From Candidatus Woesebacteria bacterium (GTDB lineage Bacteria > Patescibacteriota > Microgenomatia > UBA1400 > UBA12108): a stretch of DNA of 64,000 nucleotides. Numbering within the stretch: the stretch's first letter is position 1; each line of letters starts with the position of its first letter. Of the stretch, positions 26,704 through 36,638 are shown piece by piece. The translations under genes and the position numbers were made by a program. The notes below the pieces were generated by a model that did not search any database, was not told the DNA's origin, and was given only the letters and a program-made list of their open reading frames with translations. The stretch covers positions 2,530 to 66,529 of the forward strand of contig JAGOVG010000005.1 in the NCBI GenBank assembly GCA_018060845.1, given 5' to 3'.

Positions 26704-26961
26704 CTATACCACTTCAGAACTATCCCCAAGATGGGCACGGTGTGCTCTAATAGGAACAAAAGCCGGACAAGTGCCTGGGCAAATAGGAATTTGTACAGTC
26801 ATAGCTTGACCATGTTCATGCATAGCACCTGGTAACACCATTTCTAGACCGAGATATACTGGCTGACTAGCTGGATTGGCACTTCCACATCTAGTACATT
26901 TCACCCCAGATATAGATGTTTCAGAATGTGCCAAAGCACATTTTTCGAGTGCCGATACCAT
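26704..26961 (-). CDS. Hypothetical Cys/His-rich small protein (85 aa)
   Basis: CTRCGS...CPGTCP motifs. No family recognised. Confidence 0.3.
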   Translation of the reverse strand: MVSALEKCALAHSETSISGVKCTRCGSANPASQPVYLGLEMVLPGAMHEHGQAMTVQIPICPGTCPAFVPIRAHRAHLGDSSEVV

Positions 26962-26968
26962 ACTTAAA

Positions 26969-27583
26969 TTAGTGACTTACACTACCCCTGTTTCTAAATA
27001 TCAGTGAAGCACCAATAGCTAGTCCTACTATCACTAGTACGATAACTAATAGTGAAGTCAGAATCCTGCCTACCACGCTACCTGCTGTACTAGTGGTAGT
27101 ACTTACTTTTGTCGCTGCATCCTGTACCGTCATCCCAGTAGGAGCTGTACTAGCTGCAGGTGTAGTAACAGTGGTCGTAGTAACCTTAGATTTATCAAAG
27201 TCAAAGATGGCGACTTTACCGCTCACAACTACTCTATCGCTCGCTCTGCGTACTAGTCCATCAGATTCAGCTGTAATGACCATACCGTCAAATGGACTCG
27301 CAATATTACCAGAGAAGTAACCTTTATCTACCTCAGCTACACGGATCATCTCGCCACGTGCAGTGGTCTTACCCCAGAGGACATACTTGTTGTAAGTAGT
27401 CTCAAAGGGATAAACCAAGCCATCGCAGCGGCCAGATACACGGTAAGAACCAGATTGATAAAGTGATATACCTTTACAGGAGACACTACTACTAGTGAGG
27501 TCAATCATGCCCTCGTGGGCGACTGCCTTAGGAGCAAATGTAGTAATTAACGCAAAAATAGCGAGCACAAATAGTTTTTTCAT
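26969..27583 (-). CDS. Hypothetical secreted Thr-rich protein with a C-terminal TM anchor
   Basis: Signal peptide MKKLFVLAIFALITTFAPKAVA. TTTVTTP low-complexity region. Hydrophobic C-terminus. Confidence 0.4.
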   Translation of the reverse strand: MKKLFVLAIFALITTFAPKAVAHEGMIDLTSSSVSCKGISLYQSGSYRVSGRCDGLVYPFETTYNKYVLWGKTTARGEMIRVAEVDKGYFSGNIASPFDGMVITAESDGLVRRASDRVVVSGKVAIFDFDKSKVTTTTVTTPAASTAPTGMTVQDAATKVSTTTSTAGSVVGRILTSLLVIVLVIVGLAIGASLIFRNRGSVSH

Positions 27584-27636
27584 ATGTCCCATAATATATC
27601 ATATATTATCCAGATGTCAAGGTTTTAGGTTATACT

Positions 27637-28260
27637 ATGACCATGTTATCCACCCTCTTTACCAACCCCATCATCTTCTTAATCTGGGCAGTCAGCCTGG
27701 TCGTAGCACTGACTATTCACGAATATGCTCACGCCAAGGTTGCAGATACACTGGGTGACCCCACCCCACGCGCTAACGGTCGTGTAACACTGGACCCTCG
27801 TGCACACCTGGATCCACTAGGTACGGTTTTGATCTTAATCGTCGGCTTTGGCTGGGGCAGACCTGTTGAATTTGATCCTTATAACCTGAGGAATCCCAAA
27901 AGAGATACCGCGCTTATAGCACTCGCCGGCCCTGCTAGCAATATTCTACTCGCCATCATTTTATCCATCGTCTCCAACTTTTTCGTCGCTGGCAGCTTGT
28001 TTGCAGGTGTCATCCCCCTCATGATCATGATCAATATCAGCCTCGCTATCTTTAACCTAGTCCCCGTCTTCCCACTTGATGGAGAGAAAATATTAAAGGG
28101 GTTACTACCTCATGATCTCGCAGTCGAATATGAGAACCTGATGCGACAGTACGGCACCTTGATCCTGATTATGCTATTACTCCCTCTCGCTGGTGGCACC
28201 TCCCCCATCTCCGCTCTCATCTCCCCTGCTATCAGTTTTGTAAATAATCTGTTACTCTGA
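27637..28260 (+). CDS. Site-2 protease family (M50) zinc metalloprotease, small membrane form
   Basis: HEYAHAKVADTLGD (HExxH) and the LDG motif within TM helices. Confidence 0.7.
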   Translation: MTMLSTLFTNPIIFLIWAVSLVVALTIHEYAHAKVADTLGDPTPRANGRVTLDPRAHLDPLGTVLILIVGFGWGRPVEFDPYNLRNPKRDTALIALAGPASNILLAIILSIVSNFFVAGSLFAGVIPLMIMINISLAIFNLVPVFPLDGEKILKGLLPHDLAVEYENLMRQYGTLILIMLLLPLAGGTSPISALISPAISFVNNLLL

Positions 28261-28294
28261 GTTTTCTGAGTTTTCTGGTAAAATCCGTACAGAT

Positions 28295-28365
28295 AGGGGT
28301 ATGATGCAATGGTAGCATGAAGCTCTCCAAAAGCTTTCATCTAGGTTCGAGCCCTAGTACCCCTG
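28295..28365 (+). tRNA. tRNA-Trp (anticodon CCA)
   Basis: Perfect 7-bp acceptor stem aggggta/tacccct. Anticodon loop cuCCAaa. T-loop TTCGAGC. Confidence 0.8.
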
Positions 28366-28390
28366 CAGTGATATATTTTGATATACTTAT

Positions 28391-28669
28391 CTAAAGTTTC
28401 TCTATACAAAAAACTAGTATCTGAAGCACGCTACCAATTAGTAGATACAGTCTATCAATTTTGCTTGGATTTGATTTAGTCCCTACCCACAACAAAGTAC
28501 CACTCCATATAAAGTATCTTTTATACCACGGCAACTCATCTAACTTATTTTTCGTAAGTACAGGCAAATTGTAGTACTTAGCACCCCTACCTAGTATATA
28601 AGCTAAAATACCCCACAACCCCCTTACTCCAATAAAAAGTATCAACAAATCATAAATATTTGTATACAT
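28391..28669 (-). CDS. Hypothetical small membrane protein
   Basis: ORF flanked by TGATAT-N3/4-TGATAT repeats. Shares a 17-nt upstream motif with the 28751..29530 gene. Confidence 0.3.
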   Translation of the reverse strand: MYTNIYDLLILFIGVRGLWGILAYILGRGAKYYNLPVLTKNKLDELPWYKRYFIWSGTLLWVGTKSNPSKIDRLYLLIGSVLQILVFCIEKL

Positions 28670-28702
28670 ATATCCACAGTTTATATGAAAAAGTATGTTC
28701 TT

Positions 28703-28719
28703 ACATCCTTCACGAGTCC
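28703..28719 (-). promoter_or_regulatory. Conserved 17-mer acatccttcacgagtcc (sense: GGACTCGTGAAGGATGT) upstream of gene 28391..28669. A second identical copy lies at 29568..29584.
   Basis: Exact 17-nt identity plus a similar downstream -10-like TATAA(T) context in both copies. Confidence 0.4.
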
Positions 28720-28750
28720 CTGCATTGATATATATTGATATAGTAGTAAA

Positions 28751-29530
28751 TTACTTAACCTTAAATGCTTTTTCTGCGAGTTTTAACAATTTAGGCTCAA
28801 GGGCTAGTTTTTTTGCGAAAATCTCAAAGTAGTCTTGTTGATAATCTTTCGTTGAATATAAATGGGGATATAACACCTTTTTTTCACTAAGTGTCATATC
28901 GTATACAACTTTCAATAAACAGATAACCCCCAGCACCCAGATGGGTGCACTAATCTTGCGTCCAATAATACTCATTGCCGTCTGCCCCAATATCAAAAGT
29001 AACCCGAGATAAAATAAAGCTAGTTGAAGAAGATGTGGCTTGTATTTATCAGTAAACATTTGGTAGTAATGTTCTTTAGACTTAGGCACTGGTTGACACG
29101 CATGAGCTAACTCCTCAACGATTACGTTACTTACTAGTTGCGTTAATCTCGTTCTCCTTTGGAGTTTCTTTAGCTTGAGTACATTTGGTAAAAACCCCTC
29201 CGGATAAATAACTACCAACTCCTTATTCGGTTGATAAAATCCGAACCCTATATGCATACTTTTTACTCCACGCCTAAAGGTCTTTTTTATATAAGAATAG
29301 TAGTTAGAAATATCAATAGTTCTAGAACTCCCTTTCACTCTTTGTTTGATAGGTATACCACCACGCCAAATAAATTTCTTTAATCGTAATCGTTCGTGAA
29401 CATCAATTGAGGCTAACAATTGCACGAAATGTTTCTCACTGAATTCGACTCTGACATACTTTAAGGGATAACGAACATCTTCTCGCACCAAAATCTTTTT
29501 TCCTCTATATGAAACATTTGTATTTATCAT
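28751..29530 (-). CDS. Hypothetical membrane protein (259 aa)
   Basis: ORF. Two C-terminal TM helices. Confidence 0.35.
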   Translation of the reverse strand: MINTNVSYRGKKILVREDVRYPLKYVRVEFSEKHFVQLLASIDVHERLRLKKFIWRGGIPIKQRVKGSSRTIDISNYYSYIKKTFRRGVKSMHIGFGFYQPNKELVVIYPEGFLPNVLKLKKLQRRTRLTQLVSNVIVEELAHACQPVPKSKEHYYQMFTDKYKPHLLQLALFYLGLLLILGQTAMSIIGRKISAPIWVLGVICLLKVVYDMTLSEKKVLYPHLYSTKDYQQDYFEIFAKKLALEPKLLKLAEKAFKVK

Positions 29531-29567
29531 CGTGGATAATTATACCCAACATATTATAAAAGTTATC

Positions 29568-29584
29568 ACATCCTTCACGAGTCC
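29568..29584 (-). promoter_or_regulatory. Second copy of the conserved 17-mer GGACTCGTGAAGGATGT, upstream of gene 28751..29530
   Basis: See 28703..28719. Confidence 0.4.
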
Positions 29585-29605
29585 TTCCCATGATATGATT
29601 CAGGC

Positions 29606-29944
29606 ATGATAACCACCCAGGCTACTCCTTTCACAAAAGAACAGATAAAAGTGTTAGGTACACAATTTGAGGTCTATATCAAAACGGTAATAGATGTCGA
29701 GAACAAAGTCTGCTCAGCTGGCATGGATCTACACTATGAAGGTGAGCAGATACTACTCACCCAGGGTTCACTCCATGGCAATATCTGGGGAGGTGGTATA
29801 GATCTAACAACCAAAGACATCGACTACAACTCATTTATTAATATCAGACCTAATGATGGCAATCCCAAGAACGAGATACAAAGTGAAAAAATAAAAGCCA
29901 AATATCTAAAATTAACCAAATACTTCTTTCAAGAGATTTTATGA
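29606..29944 (+). CDS. Hypothetical protein
   Basis: ORF only. Confidence 0.3.
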   Translation: MITTQATPFTKEQIKVLGTQFEVYIKTVIDVENKVCSAGMDLHYEGEQILLTQGSLHGNIWGGGIDLTTKDIDYNSFINIRPNDGNPKNEIQSEKIKAKYLKLTKYFFQEIL

Positions 29945-30210
29945 ACAAAACCAATCTTCTCCTCGGTTCGCTCAGCAATGACCTCCTACGGCTCGCCACC
30001 TTTGTCCACAACGACTCTCCCTCTGCTAGGCGCTTCTTGACCGAAGCCAAGCGCTGGGCCCTGCAGCTCAAAGACCAAGAATTGCCTCCTTATCTATCAA
30101 AGATAGTAATAGATATTCACGAAACACCTAGCACCATGCCCACCCTCGCTCAAGCCGAAAAATATCTAATGTATAGTGTCCTCTTGCAAAACCATACACT
30201 CCACAGTTAA
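29941..30210 (+). CDS. Hypothetical protein
   Basis: ORF. ATGA overlap with the previous ORF. Confidence 0.25.
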   Translation: MNKTNLLLGSLSNDLLRLATFVHNDSPSARRFLTEAKRWALQLKDQELPPYLSKIVIDIHETPSTMPTLAQAEKYLMYSVLLQNHTLHS

Positions 30211-30219
30211 AGTGTATGT

Positions 30220-31545
30220 ATGCCCACTAATTCACACTCCCCTATCCCCGAAGATCTAGAATTTAAACGTACTGCCCATGAAGAACGCCATTTACTCGAG
30301 ACAGTCGACATCCCAATCGTCACAGTCAGCGCTACATTTAAAGAACAGCTCAAAGAGAGGTTTGGCGAAAACCTAGGCTCAGACACACCCGATGTCACCT
30401 TTAGCCGCGCCCACTACAGCATGGCCAATGCGTTAGTTATCGCCGCTACCAAAGCACGTAAGACTTTTTGGATGATCGACCCGACCAACTATGTAAGTAG
30501 CAAAGACTGGCCTAAGATCATGTTCACCCAGAGAATGGGCCGTCTAATTGCCCGCTCTCCCCTCCTCAAAGAACTCAAAGATTTGATGGATACTAGACTA
30601 CGTAACCAGCTCCCGCTAACCGCAGCCATTAGAGGTGGCCTCACATATGTAACAGGCAGAGTGCAGCGTCCTATCATTAGCCTCCACTATGAAGCCGGCA
30701 ATATTCTGCTCGAAAATGGTAAGACTGTCCTACAGGTAATAACAGACCCTCACGTTCGCCCACAGTATCTAACCCATGCTGATAACCCCAAACTTACCTG
30801 GGCTGTTTTTGACGAAGCCACCAAGGCTCGGGTCATAGAGCTCGGCTACATCCTCGGCCACAAGATTGACTATAATCGCGTCCATGTTACCGGCTGCCCT
30901 GTCGACCCCAGGATACCCCTCAAAGATAAAAATACAGCCATACGTGGCTACCGCTACCGCCCCCTCCGCCTAGCTATTACAACTGGTGGTCTCGGTACCA
31001 ACAAAGATGAGATCCAAGATCTGTTAGTCCATCTTGCTCCCGCCATCAAAAAAGGTGAAGTCCATATCGCCGCCTATGCTGGTGTTCACGAAGATTTTCA
31101 AAACATGTTTAGCACATTTGCCCGTACCCACAACATCAAAATTGGTGAGACCAATGACGACCAAGCGCCATTTAGGATCTTTCAGGGTAGCGATATTATC
31201 GATGCCAACGAACTCCTCCTCGATTACATCTTCCCCTGGGCAGATGGATTTATTAGCAAGCCGAGCGGTGACATGGCATACGAGGCGATCGCTGCCGGCT
31301 GCTTCCTACTAACACTTCGTCCGTGGGGCGAGTGGGAAGAAAATATCAGAGCTGTCACCGAGAATTGGGGTGTGTCTTTAAGAGCTGATATCGAGAATAT
31401 CTTGCCTCAACTACGCGCTATCACTACGATGCCAGTAGAGGGTAAATTACCTTGGGTAGAACTAGCGCTCACTCGCGCTCACCGTCTAGCACCACAAATT
31501 GCCAAAGGTGCCGACAACATCCTAAAACTACATAGAAAAATATAA
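30220..31545 (+). CDS. Hypothetical protein, possibly a GT-B-fold glycosyltransferase-like protein (MGDG-synthase/MurG-like C-terminal half)
   Basis: Weak pattern resemblance only (GGLGTN..., SKPSGDMAYEAIAAGCFLL). Confidence 0.3.
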   Translation: MPTNSHSPIPEDLEFKRTAHEERHLLETVDIPIVTVSATFKEQLKERFGENLGSDTPDVTFSRAHYSMANALVIAATKARKTFWMIDPTNYVSSKDWPKIMFTQRMGRLIARSPLLKELKDLMDTRLRNQLPLTAAIRGGLTYVTGRVQRPIISLHYEAGNILLENGKTVLQVITDPHVRPQYLTHADNPKLTWAVFDEATKARVIELGYILGHKIDYNRVHVTGCPVDPRIPLKDKNTAIRGYRYRPLRLAITTGGLGTNKDEIQDLLVHLAPAIKKGEVHIAAYAGVHEDFQNMFSTFARTHNIKIGETNDDQAPFRIFQGSDIIDANELLLDYIFPWADGFISKPSGDMAYEAIAAGCFLLTLRPWGEWEENIRAVTENWGVSLRADIENILPQLRAITTMPVEGKLPWVELALTRAHRLAPQIAKGADNILKLHRKI

Positions 31546-31554
31546 AACTTTAAG

Positions 31555-31734
31555 CTATTTCAGCTTCTTAGACTCTTTGTGCTCTGTGTGCTTGCGACAA
31601 GTTGAGCAGTACTTGTTTGGAGTCATTTTCTCGGGTGTGTTTAGCTTGTTACGAGTGGTGATGTAATTAAACATTTTACACACAGTACATGCGAGACCAA
31701 ATTGTTGTCGTGGACCTTTTTTTGCTTTTGCCAT
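31555..31734 (-). CDS. rpmG: 50S ribosomal protein L33 (59 aa)
   Basis: Manual translation: MAKAKKGPRQQFGLACTVCKMFNYITTRNKLNTPEKMTPNKYCSTCRKHTEHKESKKLK. This has the CxxC...CxxC L33 signature. Below the ORF-track cutoff. Confidence 0.75.
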   Translation of the reverse strand: MAKAKKGPRQQFGLACTVCKMFNYITTRNKLNTPEKMTPNKYCSTCRKHTEHKESKKLK

Positions 31735-31818
31735 GTGGGTATTCTACCACTGCCCCCTACTGCCATACAAGTATGTAGATCAGAGAGCTGTAGTATAGTT
31801 AATTACGGGTAGTTATTT

Positions 31819-34185
31819 ATGTCAATAAAAGCGCTTGCGATCACCATCTCACTTTTACTGCTCACTGTCTTAGGATTTTACAAGTTTAAACCCACCCCAC
31901 TCGGCATCAATCTGGTAGGCTCCGGCTCTAGCTACAGTGTAGTTGTAGCTGGCGCTGGTACGGGCGGCATCTCTGCAGCTATCCAGGCAGCTCGGATGGG
32001 GAGCATGGTACTTTTGACCGAAGAGACAGATCTACTGGGTGGCCAGATCGGTGCCGCAGGAGTTACCTCAACCGATATCGGTGACTGGAAGTGGAACTCT
32101 GGAATATCAGCTGAGTATATAAATCGAGTCAAAGCGTACTATGCTCAAAAAGGCTTAAGCCCAGGCACCTGTTACTTTATGCCCAACACGGTCTGCCCTG
32201 AGCCACATGTAGCACGCAAGATCTTAACTGACATGCTCTCGAGCGAGCCCAACATTACACTCGCTTATAACTCCAAAATAACCAAAGTCATTAAAAATGG
32301 TTCACAAATAATCGGTGTCGAACTAAACAACCAAACCAACATTGAGACCAGGTTGGTGATCGATGCGACCGAGTACGGCGACATCCTCCCCCTCGCTCAA
32401 GCAGAGTATCGCTATGGCAATGCGACTAACTCTAGTCCCGACGCAAATGCCTGCCTCCAGAACATCACCTACCTCGCAGTAGTCAAAAAATATCCATCAG
32501 GAGTGCCAGAAGAGCTTAAAATCAAAACTCCTCCTCCCGGGTACGACACGTCCGTTAAGCAAAAATTTGCAGCGATAGTAACCAGAAATGGTAGTGACAC
32601 GTTTAATGGCCAATACCCTTACTCTGTTGCACTCCATAACTCCTACCGCGGGATGCCAAACTCCAGTTTAGCTAGCAGCGAGATCACCAAGACTGGGGTC
32701 AACTGGGCCAACGACTACGCTATCCCAAATGCGCAGAGCTACCTAGAAGATCCAATCTCGCGCAAAAATGCCAACTGCAATGCAAAGTTGCACACCCTCC
32801 AGTTCATCTATTATCTCCAAACAGAACTAGGCCTTTCAGACTGGTCGGTCGCTACCGAAGAGGGTTACAACTCGCCATACAACCGATCCCAGGCATGTTC
32901 TAACATTCCAGCAGAACTAAAGGCAATCGAATACAACCTACCCATCATCCCTTACGTCAGGGAGGCACGACGCATGATCGGCCTAACCACAATTACAGCC
33001 AAAGATATTTATCGTACCGGTACCCCAAAAAGAGGCAAGACCTTAATGCCTACTAGCATTGCCGTTGGCGACTATCACACCGATCTACACAACTGCAATA
33101 CCAACCAGACCCTCGAATCTAGTTTTGAAAGTAGTAGCGACAACAGTGATATAGGCCCATTCCAGATCCCACTCGGCTCTTTGATCTCTAGCAATATCGA
33201 CGGCCTAATCGCAGCCGAAAAAAATATCTCAGTCTCTCGGCTTGTTAACGGTGCCGCTAGACTACAGCCTATCACTATGGCAACAGGTCAGGCAGCTGGA
33301 GCGCTAGCTGCCATATCTGCAGCCAATCAAGTAAGGCCTAGGGACATCAACCCGCTAGCTGTGCAGAGTGCACTTTTGAGTGCAAAATCAATCCTTTATC
33401 CCTCTTTTGACACGGATCCCAACCACCCTCTCTTTAGACCCATTCAGCTCTCGCTCCTACGTATGCAGATCCTCCCTGTCTCTGAAATCAATTTTGTACC
33501 AGATCAAAAAGCTTCCAAAACAGAAGTTGCAATAGCTCTAATGCGAGCCAAATACGGCCCAGGTTATGTCCCTACCAGTCGAACTGTTGTCTATAGCGAT
33601 GTCCCATCTGCGCTCTGGAGTGCCCCCTGGATCAACCAGTTAAGTATCGATGGTATCTCACTACCTTGTGAGCCCAACAAGTTCTGCCCTGACAAAATAG
33701 TAACTCGAGCAGACCTCGCAATCATGCTAGGTCGAGCCAAATACGGCCCTACTGTCCCGAGCTATAGCAGTAGTGTCTTTAGCGATCTACCTCTCTCTAA
33801 CCCCGCCTCACCCTGGGCGCAAAAACTCTATCAGGACAGTGTTACTAGCGGCTGCTCTGCCCAACCGCTCAATTTTTGCCCAACTAACGAAGTCACGCGT
33901 AGCCAACTAGCAGTCTTTTTGGCCAATGCTTACCCACAACCTGCGACACTTAACCCAGTGACCACCACTCCACCTCCCCAGGCTCCCAGCCCTGCACCCC
34001 CTACCCCGACACCCTCGATCGTTCCATCACCAGTCTCCTCGCCATCTGTTCGTACCCTCATACCAGGTGATCTAAATGAAGATGGGCGTGTCAACTTGCT
34101 CGACTTTAATGCCTTAATAACTGGCTTTGGCAACCCCTATACCATCCTCGATTTTAACAACATCTTAACCAACTTTAACAAGTAG
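31819..34185 (+). CDS. Surface protein: N-terminal FAD-dependent oxidoreductase-like domain, three SLH-like repeats, a Pro-rich linker and a dockerin-like Ca-binding C-terminus.
   Basis: GAGTGG FAD dinucleotide motif. Three ~60-aa repeats with W...GI...FCP..VTRADLA.ML (SLH-like). DLNEDGRVNLLD dockerin-like loop. Confidence 0.5.
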   Translation: MSIKALAITISLLLLTVLGFYKFKPTPLGINLVGSGSSYSVVVAGAGTGGISAAIQAARMGSMVLLTEETDLLGGQIGAAGVTSTDIGDWKWNSGISAEYINRVKAYYAQKGLSPGTCYFMPNTVCPEPHVARKILTDMLSSEPNITLAYNSKITKVIKNGSQIIGVELNNQTNIETRLVIDATEYGDILPLAQAEYRYGNATNSSPDANACLQNITYLAVVKKYPSGVPEELKIKTPPPGYDTSVKQKFAAIVTRNGSDTFNGQYPYSVALHNSYRGMPNSSLASSEITKTGVNWANDYAIPNAQSYLEDPISRKNANCNAKLHTLQFIYYLQTELGLSDWSVATEEGYNSPYNRSQACSNIPAELKAIEYNLPIIPYVREARRMIGLTTITAKDIYRTGTPKRGKTLMPTSIAVGDYHTDLHNCNTNQTLESSFESSSDNSDIGPFQIPLGSLISSNIDGLIAAEKNISVSRLVNGAARLQPITMATGQAAGALAAISAANQVRPRDINPLAVQSALLSAKSILYPSFDTDPNHPLFRPIQLSLLRMQILPVSEINFVPDQKASKTEVAIALMRAKYGPGYVPTSRTVVYSDVPSALWSAPWINQLSIDGISLPCEPNKFCPDKIVTRADLAIMLGRAKYGPTVPSYSSSVFSDLPLSNPASPWAQKLYQDSVTSGCSAQPLNFCPTNEVTRSQLAVFLANAYPQPATLNPVTTTPPPQAPSPAPPTPTPSIVPSPVSSPSVRTLIPGDLNEDGRVNLLDFNALITGFGNPYTILDFNNILTNFNK

Positions 34186-34223
34186 TAATACCCTATTGAC
34201 ATGCTACTAGTTAAAACTATAAA

Positions 34224-34874
34224 GTGTATGTAATGCCCGATACAATAAATAAGCAAACACTTATCAATCTTTTGATTGACTCACCACTCCGTGAGCCGAT
34301 CAAAATCAATCTCATCGATATTATTAATAATACGACTGAGCCTGATCTCCCCAAAGTCTTCCCAACTATTGTCAAAGAACTAGAAATCTTTCAAAAAGCT
34401 ACCGAGCGCAGGATGAAGCTAGCCGACGAAACTATATCTAAGCTAGGCGGTGTCGCACCAGCTTCCACTGATCCTACCCAGCCACTCACCACTAACGAAA
34501 CTCCATCTGCAGCACCTCTAACACCTCCACCATTGGACCTTCCACCATTACCTACCCTCGAATCTCCTGTCCTCGAACCAGTCGCACCCGCTACGGCTCC
34601 AGTTGCTGAGCCAGTTGCACCGCCCGTTGTGCCAACTACTCCCCTTAGCGTCCCACCATTAGATCTACCTCCACTCCCTACTGTCTCAGCTCCTATCGAG
34701 CCCGCCATGCCAGCATCTCCACTCCCTTCCCCTGAGCCACTTGGTGGAGCAGTCGCAACTCCTAGTAGCGACGAAGCCGCACTCGCCGAGATCCAAAAAG
34801 AACTAGAGTCCCTCAAAGCAGGTGTTGCAGCAGATGCTGCCCAAACCACTCCTCCCACTGCCCCACAATCATAA
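34224..34874 (+). CDS. Hypothetical Pro-rich repeat protein (PPLDLPPLPT repeated twice)
   Basis: Internal tandem repeat visible in the translation. Confidence 0.35.
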   Translation: MYVMPDTINKQTLINLLIDSPLREPIKINLIDIINNTTEPDLPKVFPTIVKELEIFQKATERRMKLADETISKLGGVAPASTDPTQPLTTNETPSAAPLTPPPLDLPPLPTLESPVLEPVAPATAPVAEPVAPPVVPTTPLSVPPLDLPPLPTVSAPIEPAMPASPLPSPEPLGGAVATPSSDEAALAEIQKELESLKAGVAADAAQTTPPTAPQS

Positions 34875-34900
34875 GAAATTTATTTTGCTACTTACTTTTC

Positions 34901-34977
34901 TGGAGCCACCTCGGGGAATCGAACCCTGGACCTGCTGTTTACAAAACAGCCGCTCTAACCAACTGAGCTAAGGTGGC
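34901..34977 (-). tRNA. tRNA-Thr (anticodon TGT), CCA encoded
   Basis: Reverse complement gives gccacct / aggtggc acceptor, D-arm tagctcagttggttagagc, anticodon loop uuUGUaa, T-loop TTCGATT. Confidence 0.8.
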
Positions 34978-35003
34978 ACTTTCTCCATTTTATCCTATGA
35001 TTG

Positions 35004-36638
35004 CTATTTCCCCAACCCCTTCCACTCATCCAGTATTTGCTTAGCTATAGGTCCAGCTACCGCCGACCCCTCACCCCCCGACTCGACTAATACTGTTATT
35101 ACTAACTCTGGGTTCTCACCGGGATAAGCTACAGTAATCCATGCATGCGGTAGGTCATCTTCGTCAATTTGCCCTGCATGCTGAGCTGTCCCAGTCTTAC
35201 ATAACACATATGGTTCAAAACTAAAGAATGGATATGCTGTCCCACCAGTTGCACAAGCCGCCCTCATCCCCTCCTTAACCGCCTCAATGTCAGGAGTAGG
35301 TATACCTAGATCAGTACACTCTGCTTCACTCTCAGCTACTATCTTGGACCGACAAACCCTGCCTGTCACGCTAGCCACACTCATCCGAGCCACCTGCAGG
35401 GGAGTTGTTAGTAGGTCGCCCTGCCCGATCGAGAGATGATAAGTATTGCCAAGAAACCATGATTCACCCGTCCGCCGCTCTTTCCATAGTGGGTCAGGCA
35501 CCAGTCCCTCTGCTTCACCTCCTATTTCGATCCCAGTTGAGGACCCGAGTCCAAACTTCCTGGCCATTTTTACCAGATCCGTGACCCCAACCAGCTCGCC
35601 CACTCTATAAAAGTAGATATCATTGCTACGCGATAGCGCTCGAGTCAAGCTAAGATTACCCTCTTTGCGCCCTGCCTGGTCAAAGTTCCAGGTTCCATAC
35701 CTATAATCTCCAATTTTAATTTCCCCTATATCCTCGATTTCTGTATCTGACTCTATTTTGTCACTGGCGAGCCCTGCGTACGCAGTAACCATTTTAAAAA
35801 CACTCCCAGGTGGATACTGTCCTGTTGTCGCTCTATTTAAAAAATAATTTTCGGTAGTGTCACTCAAGTACTTAGGGACCTCCGCTGGGTCATAGGTCGG
35901 ATAAGAGACTAGTGCCAAGATCTCTCCCTGCATACTCATGACAACCACTGCGCCTTTGACTGATTTATCCTCAACTCGAGCAGTGTCCATGGCTCGGTAC
36001 GCGATACTTTGCAGTCTAGAATCCAGTGTTAGCTTAACTATCGCCCCATCCTCACTCTCGTTCCTCCCTCGCTCTCTCACTACATTACCTTTTGCATCTA
36101 TCTCCTGGATTAACCCTCCATCATTGCCACGCAGCCTTCGCTCCTGCGCTTTTTCGATACCTGATCTGCCTGTTAACATCCCAGGTCCATAACACAATCC
36201 CTCAAGACACCCTAACTCATCACTAGTCACCTCAGACATGTATCCGAGTACGATCGAACCAGATGGGCCGAGTGGATAGTTGCGCACCCACGCACTAGGG
36301 CTCGCAGTCGCAATGCCCTCTTTTAACACACTTTCAGCTAGTACCACTCCATTTTTATCGACAATACTCCCCCGTTTTGCCGTAATTCTGACCTGCTCTA
36401 TATGGTTGGTCTCAGATAAAAGTAACTGCTGATTAGCGTCAAAGATATGCAGATAAGTGACACGGGCGGCAACTACCGCAAATGCGAGGATCGCTACCAC
36501 CCATATTAAACGCACTCTAAACCTAGTTGTCCATTCTGCTCTTTCGTTGACCAGTGCTTTAAAGCCTAGCCGCTGCCGCTGCGAGACAGTGACCATCTCT
36601 TCTTGCCACCCTCCTAACAGCTCGTCTTTCTTGCGCAT
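35004..36638 (-). CDS. Penicillin-binding protein 2/FtsI-family peptidoglycan D,D-transpeptidase
   Basis: N-terminal TM. SVFK (SxxK), SxN and KTG motifs of class B PBPs. Confidence 0.85.
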   Translation of the reverse strand: MRKKDELLGGWQEEMVTVSQRQRLGFKALVNERAEWTTRFRVRLIWVVAILAFAVVAARVTYLHIFDANQQLLLSETNHIEQVRITAKRGSIVDKNGVVLAESVLKEGIATASPSAWVRNYPLGPSGSIVLGYMSEVTSDELGCLEGLCYGPGMLTGRSGIEKAQERRLRGNDGGLIQEIDAKGNVVRERGRNESEDGAIVKLTLDSRLQSIAYRAMDTARVEDKSVKGAVVVMSMQGEILALVSYPTYDPAEVPKYLSDTTENYFLNRATTGQYPPGSVFKMVTAYAGLASDKIESDTEIEDIGEIKIGDYRYGTWNFDQAGRKEGNLSLTRALSRSNDIYFYRVGELVGVTDLVKMARKFGLGSSTGIEIGGEAEGLVPDPLWKERRTGESWFLGNTYHLSIGQGDLLTTPLQVARMSVASVTGRVCRSKIVAESEAECTDLGIPTPDIEAVKEGMRAACATGGTAYPFFSFEPYVLCKTGTAQHAGQIDEDDLPHAWITVAYPGENPELVITVLVESGGEGSAVAGPIAKQILDEWKGLGK

